Of a stretch of 64,000 bases of DNA, positions 10,243 to 20,145 are shown piece by piece. Under the pieces are notes generated by a model, which was given only the letters and a program-made list of their open reading frames with translations, searched no databases and was not told the origin of the DNA. This DNA is from Candidatus Babeliales bacterium (GTDB lineage Bacteria; Babelota; Babeliae; Babelales; JANWKD01), in assembly GCA_963722255.1 (NCBI GenBank), contig CAVRJO010000001.1:81007-145006 (forward strand). The letters run 5' to 3'. Made by a program: the position numbers and the translations under genes. The first letter of the stretch is position 1. Each line of letters opens with the position of its first letter.

Positions 10243-11283
10243 TTAGCTGATGATGCAATTCTTTTCTTTCGCAGGTTTTTCTAGAATCTCTACAATATCA
10301 GTATAACCACGACTTTTGGCTTCTTTTATGATTGCCTTAATAGTTTCTTTGCCAAGATTGTGCTTGTTTTCAAGTATGCATTGCAGTATTTCATTATCTT
10401 CTTCCTTGTTAAAATTTAAATTTTCCATTAATTCGAGAACTGCCTTTTTATCAACTTTTGCACCGGCTTCGATTAGAATTTTAAGAAGTTTAACTTCTAA
10501 ATCATAAAAGTCTTTAGGTTCAAATTTATAGGTGGCCTTATAGTCTTTAGGAGAAGAAAATGATTTTTTATAAAAAACAAAGTTAAATGGTGAAGCATAA
10601 TCTTTATTATGAAGATTAACATCAGCTCCAAGCCGCAGTAGTACCTTCACTAAATTTAGATCACGGCTTTCAATAGCATGAAGTAAAGGTGTCATAGAAT
10701 TTGAATCTACAGCATTAATATCAGCACCAAGTGCAACTAATTTGTTGATCATTCTAATTTTTCCGCCTTCTTGCAATCGATCATGACCTTGTGCTGCACA
10801 TATTAATGGCGTTCTGTTGTGATTGCCACGAGCATCTGGGGTTGCGCCATATTTTAAAAGCAGATCAAAAAGTTTCACATTACCAACCTTCGCGGCACGC
10901 ATGAGCAATGTTATATTTTTGTTATCTCTGGCATCGGCATTAGCTCCATGTTGCATTAAAAGTTCACAGCTTTTATAACTGACTTCTTCGGCAGCATATA
11001 TTAATGCCGTTTTTCCATTATTATCTGTCGCATTGATATCGACATTTTTACCAAGTAAAAATTTAATAATACGTGGGTTATTCGAATGAGCCGCACACAT
11101 TAATGCATTTGCATTATAATCATTTTTTGCATTGACATCTAATCCATTAGAAACTAATAATTCATACAAACCTTCATAATTCTTTTCTCTTCTTATACTA
11201 TCAAATGATATAGCTTTGGCCCATAAAGTTGTTTTTCTATTGTTGTCAGCGCCATTAATGAGTATAGTGAACCCCTTTGTCAA
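10243..11283 (-). CDS. ankyrin-repeat protein; the ORF opens with TTG exactly at the IS boundary
   Basis: At least 6 canonical ANK repeats (e.g. NGKTALIYAAEEVSYKSCELLMQHGANADARD; TPLICAAQGHD...LVALGADINAVD); no ATG start; the upstream in-frame stop lies inside the IS. Confidence 0.75.
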   Translation of the reverse strand: MTKGFTILINGADNNRKTTLWAKAISFDSIRREKNYEGLYELLVSNGLDVNAKNDYNANALMCAAHSNNPRIIKFLLGKNVDINATDNNGKTALIYAAEEVSYKSCELLMQHGANADARDNKNITLLMRAAKVGNVKLFDLLLKYGATPDARGNHNRTPLICAAQGHDRLQEGGKIRMINKLVALGADINAVDSNSMTPLLHAIESRDLNLVKVLLRLGADVNLHNKDYASPFNFVFYKKSFSSPKDYKATYKFEPKDFYDLEVKLLKILIEAGAKVDKKAVLELMENLNFNKEEDNEILQCILENKHNLGKETIKAIIKEAKSRGYTDIVEILEKPAKEKNCIIS

Positions 11284-11304
11284 GACACGAAATTAAAAAA
11301 AAAT

Positions 11305-12187
11305 TTAAATCATAGCGGCTCCAAGTTTATAAATTTGTGAAGCTATAAAACTTTCGAATAATTCTTTTTTAGATGGAATAATTTTTTTTGCGAAAATAGC
11401 GTCTGGTGCGTGATAATTAAGCTTTGAATGATAACGTCGTGTATTATAAAAAACAATGTAACTTGCAAGCGCATCTCTTACCTGTTGAACTGTATCAAAG
11501 CTATGCAAATGTATCATCTCATATTTTATCGTACGCCAAAGCCTCTCAATATAAACATTATCTGCCCATCTTCCTTTACCATCCATACTTATTTGAATTC
11601 CATATTGTTGCACTAATTCAACCCACAGAGCACTGGTAAATTGACATCCTTGGTCGCTATTAACAATTTCTGGAATACCATGTTGCAAAGCACTATTGAA
11701 CGCCTCTATGCATAACGCTGTATCAAGAGAAATTGACAATTTCCATCCCATGATTTTTCGACTAAAAACATCAATTAAGCAAACCCAAATATACAAAACC
11801 ACCCCGTATTTTTATATAGGTTATATCTACTTGCCAAACCTGATTTGGTCGATTAATAAGCAACCCACGCAATAAATAAGGAAATACTTTGTGCCCCTGA
11901 TTTCGTATGGTTGTTTTTTTGCGAGGGTAAATGGCCTGGATGCCCGCTATCTTAAGCAACATAAAAACTTTTTTATGATTAACCAAAAAACCATTTTCTC
12001 TTAAAGCTACTGTCATGCGCCGATAGCCATAGGAAGGCGTTTCTTGATAAATTTCACGTAGCTCATTCATAATAATTGCATCATTATTTTTTTGAGGTTT
12101 AGGCTTGTAATACATCGATCCTCTCGATACATCTAAAAGTTCACATTTTCTTTTAAAGTCTATTGCTTCATTTACACACTCAACCAT
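11305..12187 (-). pseudogene. IS3-family transposase OrfB (DDE integrase), disrupted by a +1 frameshift
   Basis: Two ORF pieces (11771..12187 and 11305..11802) together carry the catalytic motifs QVWQVDITYI, SDQGCQFTS and ADNVYIERLWRTIKYE. Compared with copies at 46.4 kb and 60.1 kb, this copy has an extra C (gcaaaCCCaaatat versus gcaaaCCaaatat) at ~11791-11793. Confidence 0.8.
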
Positions 12188-12207
12188 TTCCTTACGCTGC
12201 TTTAAAT

Positions 12208-12534
12208 CTATCGATTGAGCGAGCGTTCTAAAAAATCACGCTCTGCCGTTATTTGACCAATTACTCGATAAAGCCTATCAATTTCCTCTTGTTGGTCCTT
12301 TTCTTGTTTCCCCTCAAAAAGGTTGCTCATATTTTCTTCAGCATGTCTTTTCCAGATAGAGATTTGTGCAGGAGCAATGCTATGTTCCTGACTTAGTTCG
12401 TTTAAAGTTTTTTGTTCTCTAATAGCATCTATAGCTACTTTTGCTTTGAATGAACTACTATGTTTTTTATATCTTCTTGCCATAAAAATTCCCCGATAAT
12501 AATGTTCACTTTCATGTTCATTAAAAACTAACAC
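12208..12534 (-). CDS. IS3-family transposase OrfA (HTH DNA-binding)
   Basis: MARRYKKHSSSFKAKVAIDAIRE... is typical of IS3/IS911 OrfA; ends just after slippery heptamer T TTT TTA (12229-12235), with orfB open in the -1 frame. Confidence 0.8.
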   Translation of the reverse strand: MLVFNEHESEHYYRGIFMARRYKKHSSSFKAKVAIDAIREQKTLNELSQEHSIAPAQISIWKRHAEENMSNLFEGKQEKDQQEEIDRLYRVIGQITAERDFLERSLNR

Positions 12535-14657
12535 ATTTTTAATTTTATCGTGTCAAGTTTCTGGGGTTCATTAAAGAGTTCATCGATAATGCCGCGTTTC
12601 TTTGCTTCATTAAGTATGGTCGCACAAAGTTTTGGACAATGACGCATTGCAATTTTTAATGGTGTATCATGATAATTATCGGAAGAAACAATATCTATGC
12701 CGCTATTTATTAAAATTGTTGCTAAATTTTTTCGGTCTCTATTAATTGCCCACCATAAAGCATTTGCGCCGACGTTATCTTTTGCATTAATATTTGCACC
12801 CATCCCAATGAGCCATTGAAAAATTTTTTTTCGGTTCATCATCGTTGCAATCATCAGGGGAGTAAACCCATGTTGATTTTTGAAATTAATAGTAATGCCC
12901 TGAGATGTTTCGTACTGTATGGTAGGAAGATCATCCATGAGAATTGCCTTAAAAAGAGTTCGCTCTTGTTGTGTCAATCCTTTAAAATTCTCGTAATGGT
13001 TAATTGGTCCCCATTTTTTAACCTGCGTTCTTTTTTCTTTAGGTAATAGCTTAAATTTTGGTACAGGCCTTTGAAGATTTTGGGTTGAATAGCTTAAAGA
13101 CTCGTTTTCTTTTACAAATAATAATTCATCTAAGAAAGGGTTATTTTCTTCTTTATCTTGAGAAACCGTTGCAACCTGTTCTTCACGATCAGCGGTTAAA
13201 AAACCTTTATTTTCATTAAAATTGACTTCATTTTCCATTTCAGCATCAACAATCTTATAATTTTCTTCGATTTGTTCTTTATATTCTTGAGGCTGTGAGG
13301 AAATCTGTTCTTTCATTAATGGCACAAGATGTTCAAGCCTCAAGTCTCTTTTTGCTTTTTTAATAGCAGTAATGCCATCCCGTCCACGAGCTTTGCAATT
13401 TGCACCATGTTCAATTAAAAATTGGGCAATAGGAGCATTACCTTTTCTTAGAGCTTCTAGGAGCGGTGCTGTATCGGATGAGTGTCCGTCAATATATGCA
13501 CCTCTATTAATTAACTTCTCAATAAGTAAAGGATTTGTATTAGTAACTGCAAAGAAAAGTGGACCAGATCCATTGTTATCACATATGTTTATATCTGCGC
13601 CCATATCGATTAATAAATCAACTGTTTGGGGACTTCCAAAACATATTGCTTTAATTAAGGTTGTTTCGCCATCATGATCTTGAGCATTTATATTGGCTCC
13701 TTTTTTTATTAAAAATCGAACAATCCTGTCATGCTTTTGTGAAATTGAACGCATTAATGGAGTTATTCCTTTATTATCAGGCAATTCTATGAGAGCTTCC
13801 CTGGTATTTATGAATCTTTTAACTGCCTTATAATTACCAACAAAGCAAGCCTCTGCTAAAGGTGTTAATCCCATAATAGTATCTTGTTGATTTATATCAA
13901 ATGATTGACCCTCTAAAAGTGCTTCTATTTTTTGCATATTATTTGAATAAAGAGCTGAAACTAATTGAGAATGCCCTTCTATACATGATTGTTTATCATA
14001 AGAACTCGTTTTTTTATTAAAAAAATCATGCAAAGCACTTTGTTGTTGTGAAGCATTTTTTTTATGATTAGTCATCAATAATTTTACTGCATCAACGCCT
14101 GCGCTGAGCTGTACCTTAAAATGGGAAAAGGTGCCTTTTGTTTTTTTTGAACTTGTTTTCTTTTTTTGTGGTAGTTTCTTATCGTCCTGATTTTGTTTGT
14201 CTCCTGTTTTTACTGTTCTTTTAGACTCACTTCTGTTTTTGCTAGAAACCATAAGCTGTGCAAGTTCTGCAAAACCATAATCAAGCGCAAGAGAAAGGGC
14301 CGTTTCTCCTTTTTCATCTTGGATATCGCTTTGAGCACCATGATCTAATAAAAAGTTAACAACATTAAAATTTCGACAACGAACGGCTTCCGAAAGAGGC
14401 GTTGAACCATTTAATGCTTGTGTATTAACGCTTGCACCAAATGCGACAAGCTTGTGAACAAGGTTGTCGTCATTATTTTGAGCTGCTAAGACCAAAGGCG
14501 TATTGCCACTATGATTATATTGATCAAGATTAGCACCTTCAGTCATATATGTTTCTATCGTTTCTTTTTGATCTTGAAAACTCATCTCCATGGCAATAAT
14601 GGGTAATGAGCTGCAGATCGTGAAAATAAGAGCAAAGTGTGTAAAATGTTTTTTCAT
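12528..14657 (-). CDS. large secreted ankyrin-repeat protein; the last ~9 codons and the stop are supplied by the IS
   Basis: Signal-peptide-like N-terminus; more than 12 ANK repeats in two blocks separated by a lysine-rich linker; stop codon at 12528 lies within IS sequence (IS ends ~12554). Confidence 0.8.
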   Translation of the reverse strand: MKKHFTHFALIFTICSSLPIIAMEMSFQDQKETIETYMTEGANLDQYNHSGNTPLVLAAQNNDDNLVHKLVAFGASVNTQALNGSTPLSEAVRCRNFNVVNFLLDHGAQSDIQDEKGETALSLALDYGFAELAQLMVSSKNRSESKRTVKTGDKQNQDDKKLPQKKKTSSKKTKGTFSHFKVQLSAGVDAVKLLMTNHKKNASQQQSALHDFFNKKTSSYDKQSCIEGHSQLVSALYSNNMQKIEALLEGQSFDINQQDTIMGLTPLAEACFVGNYKAVKRFINTREALIELPDNKGITPLMRSISQKHDRIVRFLIKKGANINAQDHDGETTLIKAICFGSPQTVDLLIDMGADINICDNNGSGPLFFAVTNTNPLLIEKLINRGAYIDGHSSDTAPLLEALRKGNAPIAQFLIEHGANCKARGRDGITAIKKAKRDLRLEHLVPLMKEQISSQPQEYKEQIEENYKIVDAEMENEVNFNENKGFLTADREEQVATVSQDKEENNPFLDELLFVKENESLSYSTQNLQRPVPKFKLLPKEKRTQVKKWGPINHYENFKGLTQQERTLFKAILMDDLPTIQYETSQGITINFKNQHGFTPLMIATMMNRKKIFQWLIGMGANINAKDNVGANALWWAINRDRKNLATILINSGIDIVSSDNYHDTPLKIAMRHCPKLCATILNEAKKRGIIDELFNEPQKLDTIKLKMC

Positions 14658-14749
14658 GAGATCCTGTATTTTATAATTGAAATAAATTGTTTTTATTATT
14701 TTTTAATAATCTAATAATAACAAAACTAGTGAAGATATCAAGACTGCTT

Positions 14750-15170
14750 TCTTTATCAAGAATGGTTTTAAAATAATAATATCTTGCCTATTTGAACTTA
14801 TTAATAAAGTGCATGAAAAGTGACAACTATGAAGAAATTAATTTATTAATCAAATATGGAGCAGAAGTTAACGTTATGGACTCAAATTGTATGACTCTCT
14901 CTTACTACATACATAGCACTCGAAAATAAAAACAGTGGCCTGCAGAGCACCTAATAAAAAATGGAGTTGATGCTAATCTTCATCACAAAGATTATACTAC
15001 ACTATTCAATTTCGTTTTTTACCACAAAACTTTTACTACAATTAGATTTCATCAATATAAATATGAAGAACTTCCGTCTCTTTATTCATTTACGGTTGCT
15101 ATTGAATCTGCAAAATATAACCAAAATTATGAGGCATTGGAAAGGGTTAGAGGATAAAAATTGCTTGATA
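14750..15170 (+). pseudogene. ankyrin-repeat gene remnant (in-frame stop plus frameshift), paralogous to the C-terminus of the 10243..11283 ORF
   Basis: Translation EEINLLIKYGAEVNVMDSNCMTLSYYIHSTRK* then, in another frame, HLIKNGVDANLHHKDYTTLFNFVFYHKTF... aligns with ...LVALGADINAVDSNSMTPLLHAIESRD...LGADVNLHNKDYASPFNFVFYKKSF of the intact gene. Confidence 0.5.
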
Positions 15171-15254
15171 AGTTAACCTAGGGAGATCATTGTCAAAAAG
15201 AGAGAGCCAACCTGTTTTTAAAAACAAGTTGGCTCTCTAAATTAAGATTATTCT

Positions 15255-16688
15255 TTATTGATATGTTAATCGCGGTGTAAAATCCAGCACTCCTGTTTTT
15301 ATGAGACCATAGGCAGCAAGCCCGACGGTTAAACCCCCGTAGGTAAATAACGCAGGTTTTGAAGAAAGAGCATAAGAACCAAACGACACTGAATTAGCAA
15401 AATAACGTTTATACCAAGGTTGAGTTATTGCTTTTTTAATACGAGAAATTGAAGGCATTACAACTATATCATCATCTTCATCTGTCAATCTCAAACCTTG
15501 GATCTCGCTAGTACAGTTCTGCAATGCAGCAATTTGGTCTTGAACATTAGTCAAGATCTTATCAATTTCTTCATTCAAGACTGAATGAGTAATTTCACCA
15601 TTTTTCCTCAAAAACCTCCTGTATGAATATTCTTCACTTATAAGTTGAGATCTAATTTCAGGAACCATTTTTGCATATGCAGATTCTAGATGACAAGGTG
15701 CAATTGCAGGATTTTTTAACCTAACAGCTTCGCAATGGGCATTTTTAACAAGATCCGATAGATCTCTTCCTGAAAAACCAATAGTCAATTCTGCAAGCGA
15801 TTCTAAATAATCAATCCCGGTGCCTGAAATTGGAAAAGATTGCGAAAATTTCATTAAAATATCTTTACGATGTGCTGCCACAGGCGGCTCAATTTTAACA
15901 CAACTAAACCTTTGAATAAAAGCTCTATCAAGCTCAAAAAGATGGTTTGTAGTACCTATTAGTACTACATTTTTTGGCAGCTGCTGGATTAATGTATTCA
16001 ACTTGCTAATGACATCTGCGTTTTTGGTTTTACTTTTTGGACCAACGCGTTTACCAATAGCCTCAATTTCCTCAATTCTAACAATAACCTTTTTTCCTTC
16101 TTTCATTGCTTTTTTAGCAACCTTATTTATTTCTGCTATAAGAACATCAGTAAAATGCAATCCATAACTTTCAGCTATGTTTGCAAAATCTGTTCCTAAG
16201 TAATCAAGATAATAAGAATCAAGGGCGGCTGCAATTTGAGGAACTACAGAAGATTTACCAACCCCTGGTTGTCCATAAAAAATATAATGAGTTCTATCTT
16301 GATCAATTTCGTTTTCAGGGTGTTCACTTTCAGTATTGTGATCAACTGCAGCAATATCTTTTACAATATCATGAATATTTGTCGAAAAAATAAACCTACT
16401 ATCTAATGACGGCATTGTATATTTCTTTTCTTTAACTGCTTTGCCCATACGCATTTTTTGATATAATTCCGATGCACCATTTGATGCAAAGACATTATAA
16501 AAAATTGAAGCGGTATGAAATGCCAAATTAATACCTATATTAAGGCCTATGTTTAATGCCTGTTGTTTTAATGTTGGCTCTTGCTTGAACTCAAAATTTT
16601 GCCCACGAAACTGAGCATTCGAAATACCAGGAGAAAGGACAAGAAAGGCGCCTAAAAAGAGCGTAACTCTAGAATAATTTATATTCAT
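15255..16688 (-). CDS. membrane-anchored AAA+ family ATPase
   Basis: Walker A GQPGVGKSS; Walker B/sensor region VVLIGTTNHLFELDRAFIQRF; hydrophobic N-terminus (MNINYSRVTLFLGAFLVLSPGISNA) and hydrophobic C-terminal segment. Confidence 0.7.
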   Translation of the reverse strand: MNINYSRVTLFLGAFLVLSPGISNAQFRGQNFEFKQEPTLKQQALNIGLNIGINLAFHTASIFYNVFASNGASELYQKMRMGKAVKEKKYTMPSLDSRFIFSTNIHDIVKDIAAVDHNTESEHPENEIDQDRTHYIFYGQPGVGKSSVVPQIAAALDSYYLDYLGTDFANIAESYGLHFTDVLIAEINKVAKKAMKEGKKVIVRIEEIEAIGKRVGPKSKTKNADVISKLNTLIQQLPKNVVLIGTTNHLFELDRAFIQRFSCVKIEPPVAAHRKDILMKFSQSFPISGTGIDYLESLAELTIGFSGRDLSDLVKNAHCEAVRLKNPAIAPCHLESAYAKMVPEIRSQLISEEYSYRRFLRKNGEITHSVLNEEIDKILTNVQDQIAALQNCTSEIQGLRLTDEDDDIVVMPSISRIKKAITQPWYKRYFANSVSFGSYALSSKPALFTYGGLTVGLAAYGLIKTGVLDFTPRLTYQ

Positions 16689-16824
16689 TTATATCATCCA
16701 AAAAAAGTGTTAAACATCAACAAACACAAAAACTATTATGATAAAAGATTATCACAATTAATAGTTTTGTCGACATATAAGCAATATTTATTAAATAATT
16801 AACTATTAAAAAATATTTTTAGTA

Positions 16825-19485
16825 TTATTTTATAACACTATTAGAATTTAGTTTTTTGAGATATCGACCCGTATGACTTTGTGAATTACGCATAATATCA
16901 GCCGGCGTTCCTTGCGCAACGATATAACCACCCTCATCGCCACCTTCAGGGCCCAAGTCAATAATATGATCAGCGACTTTAAGCACATCAAGGTTATGCT
17001 CTATGATAATCATAGAATTTCCTTTTGCAACTAAACGATTGAGCACCATTAATAACTTTTCAATATCATGCGTATGCAATCCGGTGGTCGGTTCATCTAA
17101 GACATACAACGTTTTTGAGCCACGTTTTGCAAGTTCATCAACTAATTTTATCCGTTGAGCCTCTCCGCCTGATAGGGTTGTCGATGGTTGTCCCAACTTG
17201 AGATAATCAAGCCCCACATCACAGAGCAGCTGTAACCGTTTTGCAAGATTTTTATGAGCAGCAAAGAATTCAACGGCCTCTAATGCTGAAAGATCAAGAA
17301 TATCCGCAATAGATTTACCCTTATACATTATTTGCAAGGTTTCTTTGTTATACCGTTTACCTTTACACATTTTACAGGTCATAATAACATCAGCTAAAAA
17401 CTGCATTGAAACAGTAATGGTGCCATCGCCTGAACATTCAGCGCACCGACCCTCAGGCACATTAAAACTATAGCGGCCTACCTTATAGCCTCGTACATTA
17501 CTTTCAGGCAGCTGTGCAAAAAGTCTCCGTATTTCGTCAAAAATGCCTAAATAGGTAGCAGGATTTGAGCGTGATGTTCTTCCAATAGGCGATTGGTCAA
17601 TAACCACCAATGCTTCTAGATTTTCGGCTCCGGTTAAGCTTTCTGGCTCTTGGCTCACAAACTTTGTTCTTCCTCTACTTTGTAATGCTCGCTCAACAGA
17701 AGGAACCAATTGATCGAGAACCAATGAACTTTTACCCGATCCTGAAACCCCTGAGACACAACAAAAGACACCCAATGGAAACTTTATGGTAATATTTTTC
17801 AAATTGTTTTTTTGTGCGTTATGCAACGTTAAAAAGCCTGTCGGCTTACGCAGTTCATTTGGAATAGCAATATATCGCCTTCCTGACAAATAAGAACCCG
17901 TTAAAGAAGCATTATTCTGTGCAAGCTCTTGTGGCGTTCCGTAGGCCGTAACGTTACCGCCTAAAATACCCGCAGCTGGCCCCATATCAATAAGATAATC
18001 AGCTTGTTGCATCGTATCGGTATCATGTTCAACAACAACAACAGTATTGCCTTGATCACGTAATGTTTTGAGTGTTTCGATCAAACGGTCATTATCGCGC
18101 TGATGCAAACCGATACTTGGTTCATCTAAAATATACAAAACTCCGCTTAATGCTGAACCAATTTGCGTTGCTAAACGAATTCGTTGACCTTCGCCTCCTG
18201 AAAGCGTCACGGCCGTTCTTGTTAAAGAAAGATACCCTAACCCCACATTACGTAAGAAGGTATAACGATTTATAATCTCTTTTAATAAAGTCTTACTAAT
18301 AGCAGCATCATTACTGCTCAGTTTAAGCTGAGTAAAAAATTGCAATGCTTCTTTTACTGAAAATGAGGCGATATCATATATTGTTTTATCACCAAGAAAA
18401 ACCGACAATGCATACTTGTTAAGACGCTTGCCTTTACATTCAGGACATTCTTTTTGATGGCGATAATCGGTATACACGCCTAAAGCTTCACCGGCCATAA
18501 AGCTCCAATCATAAAGCATTCCTAACCCATTACACTTTTTACAAGCTCCAATAGGCGAATTAAATGAGAAGAGTCTGGGTTCAAGCTCAGGAAATGAGAT
18601 TGAACAATTAATACACATACGGTGTGATGAATAGGTATATTCTTGCGGCCCAACAATAATTTTACAAAATCCTTGCGCAAGCTTGAATGAAGCCTCTATT
18701 GCTTCGTTAAGGCGAGATTGTTCATCAGCATTAACTTCACAGCTATCAATGAGGACATCAATAGAATGTTTGAATGTTTTTCCAAGTTTTAATGCCTTAA
18801 TTTCATCTTGATGAGAAAATCTTATTTTTTGGCCATCGATACTAAAGCGATAATAGCCATTTTCAAAAAGCTGAATAAGTTGTTGTACAAATTCACCCTT
18901 TTTAGCTATAGCAACAGGAGCTGCAACCGTAATGGTCTGTTTATAAAACTGATTCTGAATCATAGAACCGATATTCTCAGGCGATTCAGCAGAAATTGGT
19001 AAGGAACAGGTAGGACAACTTGGCTTGCCAATTCGGGCAAAAAGAACGCGTAAATAATCATAAATTTCAGTAATAGTCCCCACGGTAGAACGAGGATTGT
19101 GACCAACTGTTTTTTGTTCAATAGCAATTGAAGGGCATAAGCCATCAATGCGATCAAAATCGGGCTTTTTTGCAATACCCAAAAATTGACGTGCATAGGA
19201 AGACAATGATTCCATATAACGGCGTTTACCTTCAGTATATAAGATATCAAGTGCTAATGAGCTTTTACCTGAACCCGAAGGGCCGGTAATAACGGTTAGT
19301 GCATTCTTAGGAATAGCAACATCAATATTTTTTAGATTATGCTCGCGAGCTCCTATAACTGTAATCCATTGCGTTAACTTTGTACTCTTTTTTGCTTCTT
19401 GAGCGGTATCTTTTTTTATTTTTTTACTAATTTTTTGTGAACAAATCTCCATGGGCCCCTCTTTAGATCGATTTCTCGTAAACAA
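16825..19485 (-). CDS. uvrA: excinuclease ABC subunit A
   Basis: 886 aa; two ABC ATPase modules (GPSGSGKSSLA..., GVSGSGKSSLV...), zinc-finger cysteine pairs, conserved UvrA C-terminus; ~40-aa basic N-terminal extension, so the start is uncertain. Confidence 0.95.
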   Translation of the reverse strand: MFTRNRSKEGPMEICSQKISKKIKKDTAQEAKKSTKLTQWITVIGAREHNLKNIDVAIPKNALTVITGPSGSGKSSLALDILYTEGKRRYMESLSSYARQFLGIAKKPDFDRIDGLCPSIAIEQKTVGHNPRSTVGTITEIYDYLRVLFARIGKPSCPTCSLPISAESPENIGSMIQNQFYKQTITVAAPVAIAKKGEFVQQLIQLFENGYYRFSIDGQKIRFSHQDEIKALKLGKTFKHSIDVLIDSCEVNADEQSRLNEAIEASFKLAQGFCKIIVGPQEYTYSSHRMCINCSISFPELEPRLFSFNSPIGACKKCNGLGMLYDWSFMAGEALGVYTDYRHQKECPECKGKRLNKYALSVFLGDKTIYDIASFSVKEALQFFTQLKLSSNDAAISKTLLKEIINRYTFLRNVGLGYLSLTRTAVTLSGGEGQRIRLATQIGSALSGVLYILDEPSIGLHQRDNDRLIETLKTLRDQGNTVVVVEHDTDTMQQADYLIDMGPAAGILGGNVTAYGTPQELAQNNASLTGSYLSGRRYIAIPNELRKPTGFLTLHNAQKNNLKNITIKFPLGVFCCVSGVSGSGKSSLVLDQLVPSVERALQSRGRTKFVSQEPESLTGAENLEALVVIDQSPIGRTSRSNPATYLGIFDEIRRLFAQLPESNVRGYKVGRYSFNVPEGRCAECSGDGTITVSMQFLADVIMTCKMCKGKRYNKETLQIMYKGKSIADILDLSALEAVEFFAAHKNLAKRLQLLCDVGLDYLKLGQPSTTLSGGEAQRIKLVDELAKRGSKTLYVLDEPTTGLHTHDIEKLLMVLNRLVAKGNSMIIIEHNLDVLKVADHIIDLGPEGGDEGGYIVAQGTPADIMRNSQSHTGRYLKKLNSNSVIK

Positions 19486-19623
19486 ATCTACTCATTAATT
19501 GATTATTAGTAATTTTACACTTATTTTATTTTTTTGCAACGCATACCACATTGACCAACAACTATGCTTCAAGTATTCTAAACTCAAATTATACTAGCTT
19601 CTAAGAGGAGTGCACAGTTTAGC

Positions 19624-20145
19624 ATGAAACACACTATTAAGCTTTTCATGGGAATGATATTGCTTTTGTGGACATTATCAAACAACGGGATAACAACCCC
19701 TTTACAAGCTCAAGCTTACCATGCCTACAGCCCTTATAAAGAAAGCTTTCGTTACTTCTGGCATTCTTTAAGCGAAGATCAACAAAACAAGCTAAAAAAA
19801 GAATTAAATGAACATCTTACCCTATATTTAGAGAGCAAAAACAAAAGCAGATCATACTTAAAAAGTAAAAAAATTAGCTCGGGCGCCTTTTGGGCATTTA
19901 TTATTCCTTCTTTAAGTTTACTAACCGGGGTATTACTTATTATTATGATTAAAGACTTTACAACTCTTTCGCAAACGATTCGCGCAACCTTTGCTGCGCT
20001 TATAGCCTGCCAGGCCGGAGCTAGCTTTATTTCGGGGCTTTCAAAAATTATTAAAGGAATATGTTACAAACGGCGACTAGAAAAACGTTGTAACCGAGAT
20101 CAAATACTTTTACAAGCGATTGGAACCTATGAACAAGAATCTTAA
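19624..20145 (+). CDS. hypothetical membrane protein (signal anchor plus one TM)
   Basis: ORF with hydrophobic N-terminus and one internal TM (AFWAFIIPSLSLLTGVLLIIMI); no recognisable domain. Confidence 0.35.
   Translation: MKHTIKLFMGMILLLWTLSNNGITTPLQAQAYHAYSPYKESFRYFWHSLSEDQQNKLKKELNEHLTLYLESKNKSRSYLKSKKISSGAFWAFIIPSLSLLTGVLLIIMIKDFTTLSQTIRATFAALIACQAGASFISGLSKIIKGICYKRRLEKRCNRDQILLQAIGTYEQES

Larger units (their letters stand above)
11283..12555 (-). mobile_element. IS3-family insertion sequence (~1.27 kb) with orfA, programmed -1 frameshift site and a frameshifted orfB
   Basis: Terminal inverted repeats gACACGAaattaaaa (11284-) and ttttaattttaTCGTGTc (-12554); flanked by direct CAAG (11281-84 and 12554-57), consistent with a 3-4 bp target duplication; internal orfA/orfB. 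Confidence 0.8.

Noticed and set aside
10243-14657. Hypothesis that the two ankyrin ORFs flanking the IS are halves of one gene simply split by the insertion
   Set aside because: Removing the IS plus one target-repeat copy (1273 nt) leaves the two ORFs offset by +1, so a single clean insertion into one intact frame is not supported. Insertion into a coding region still seems likely, but the original structure cannot be reconstructed from this window alone.
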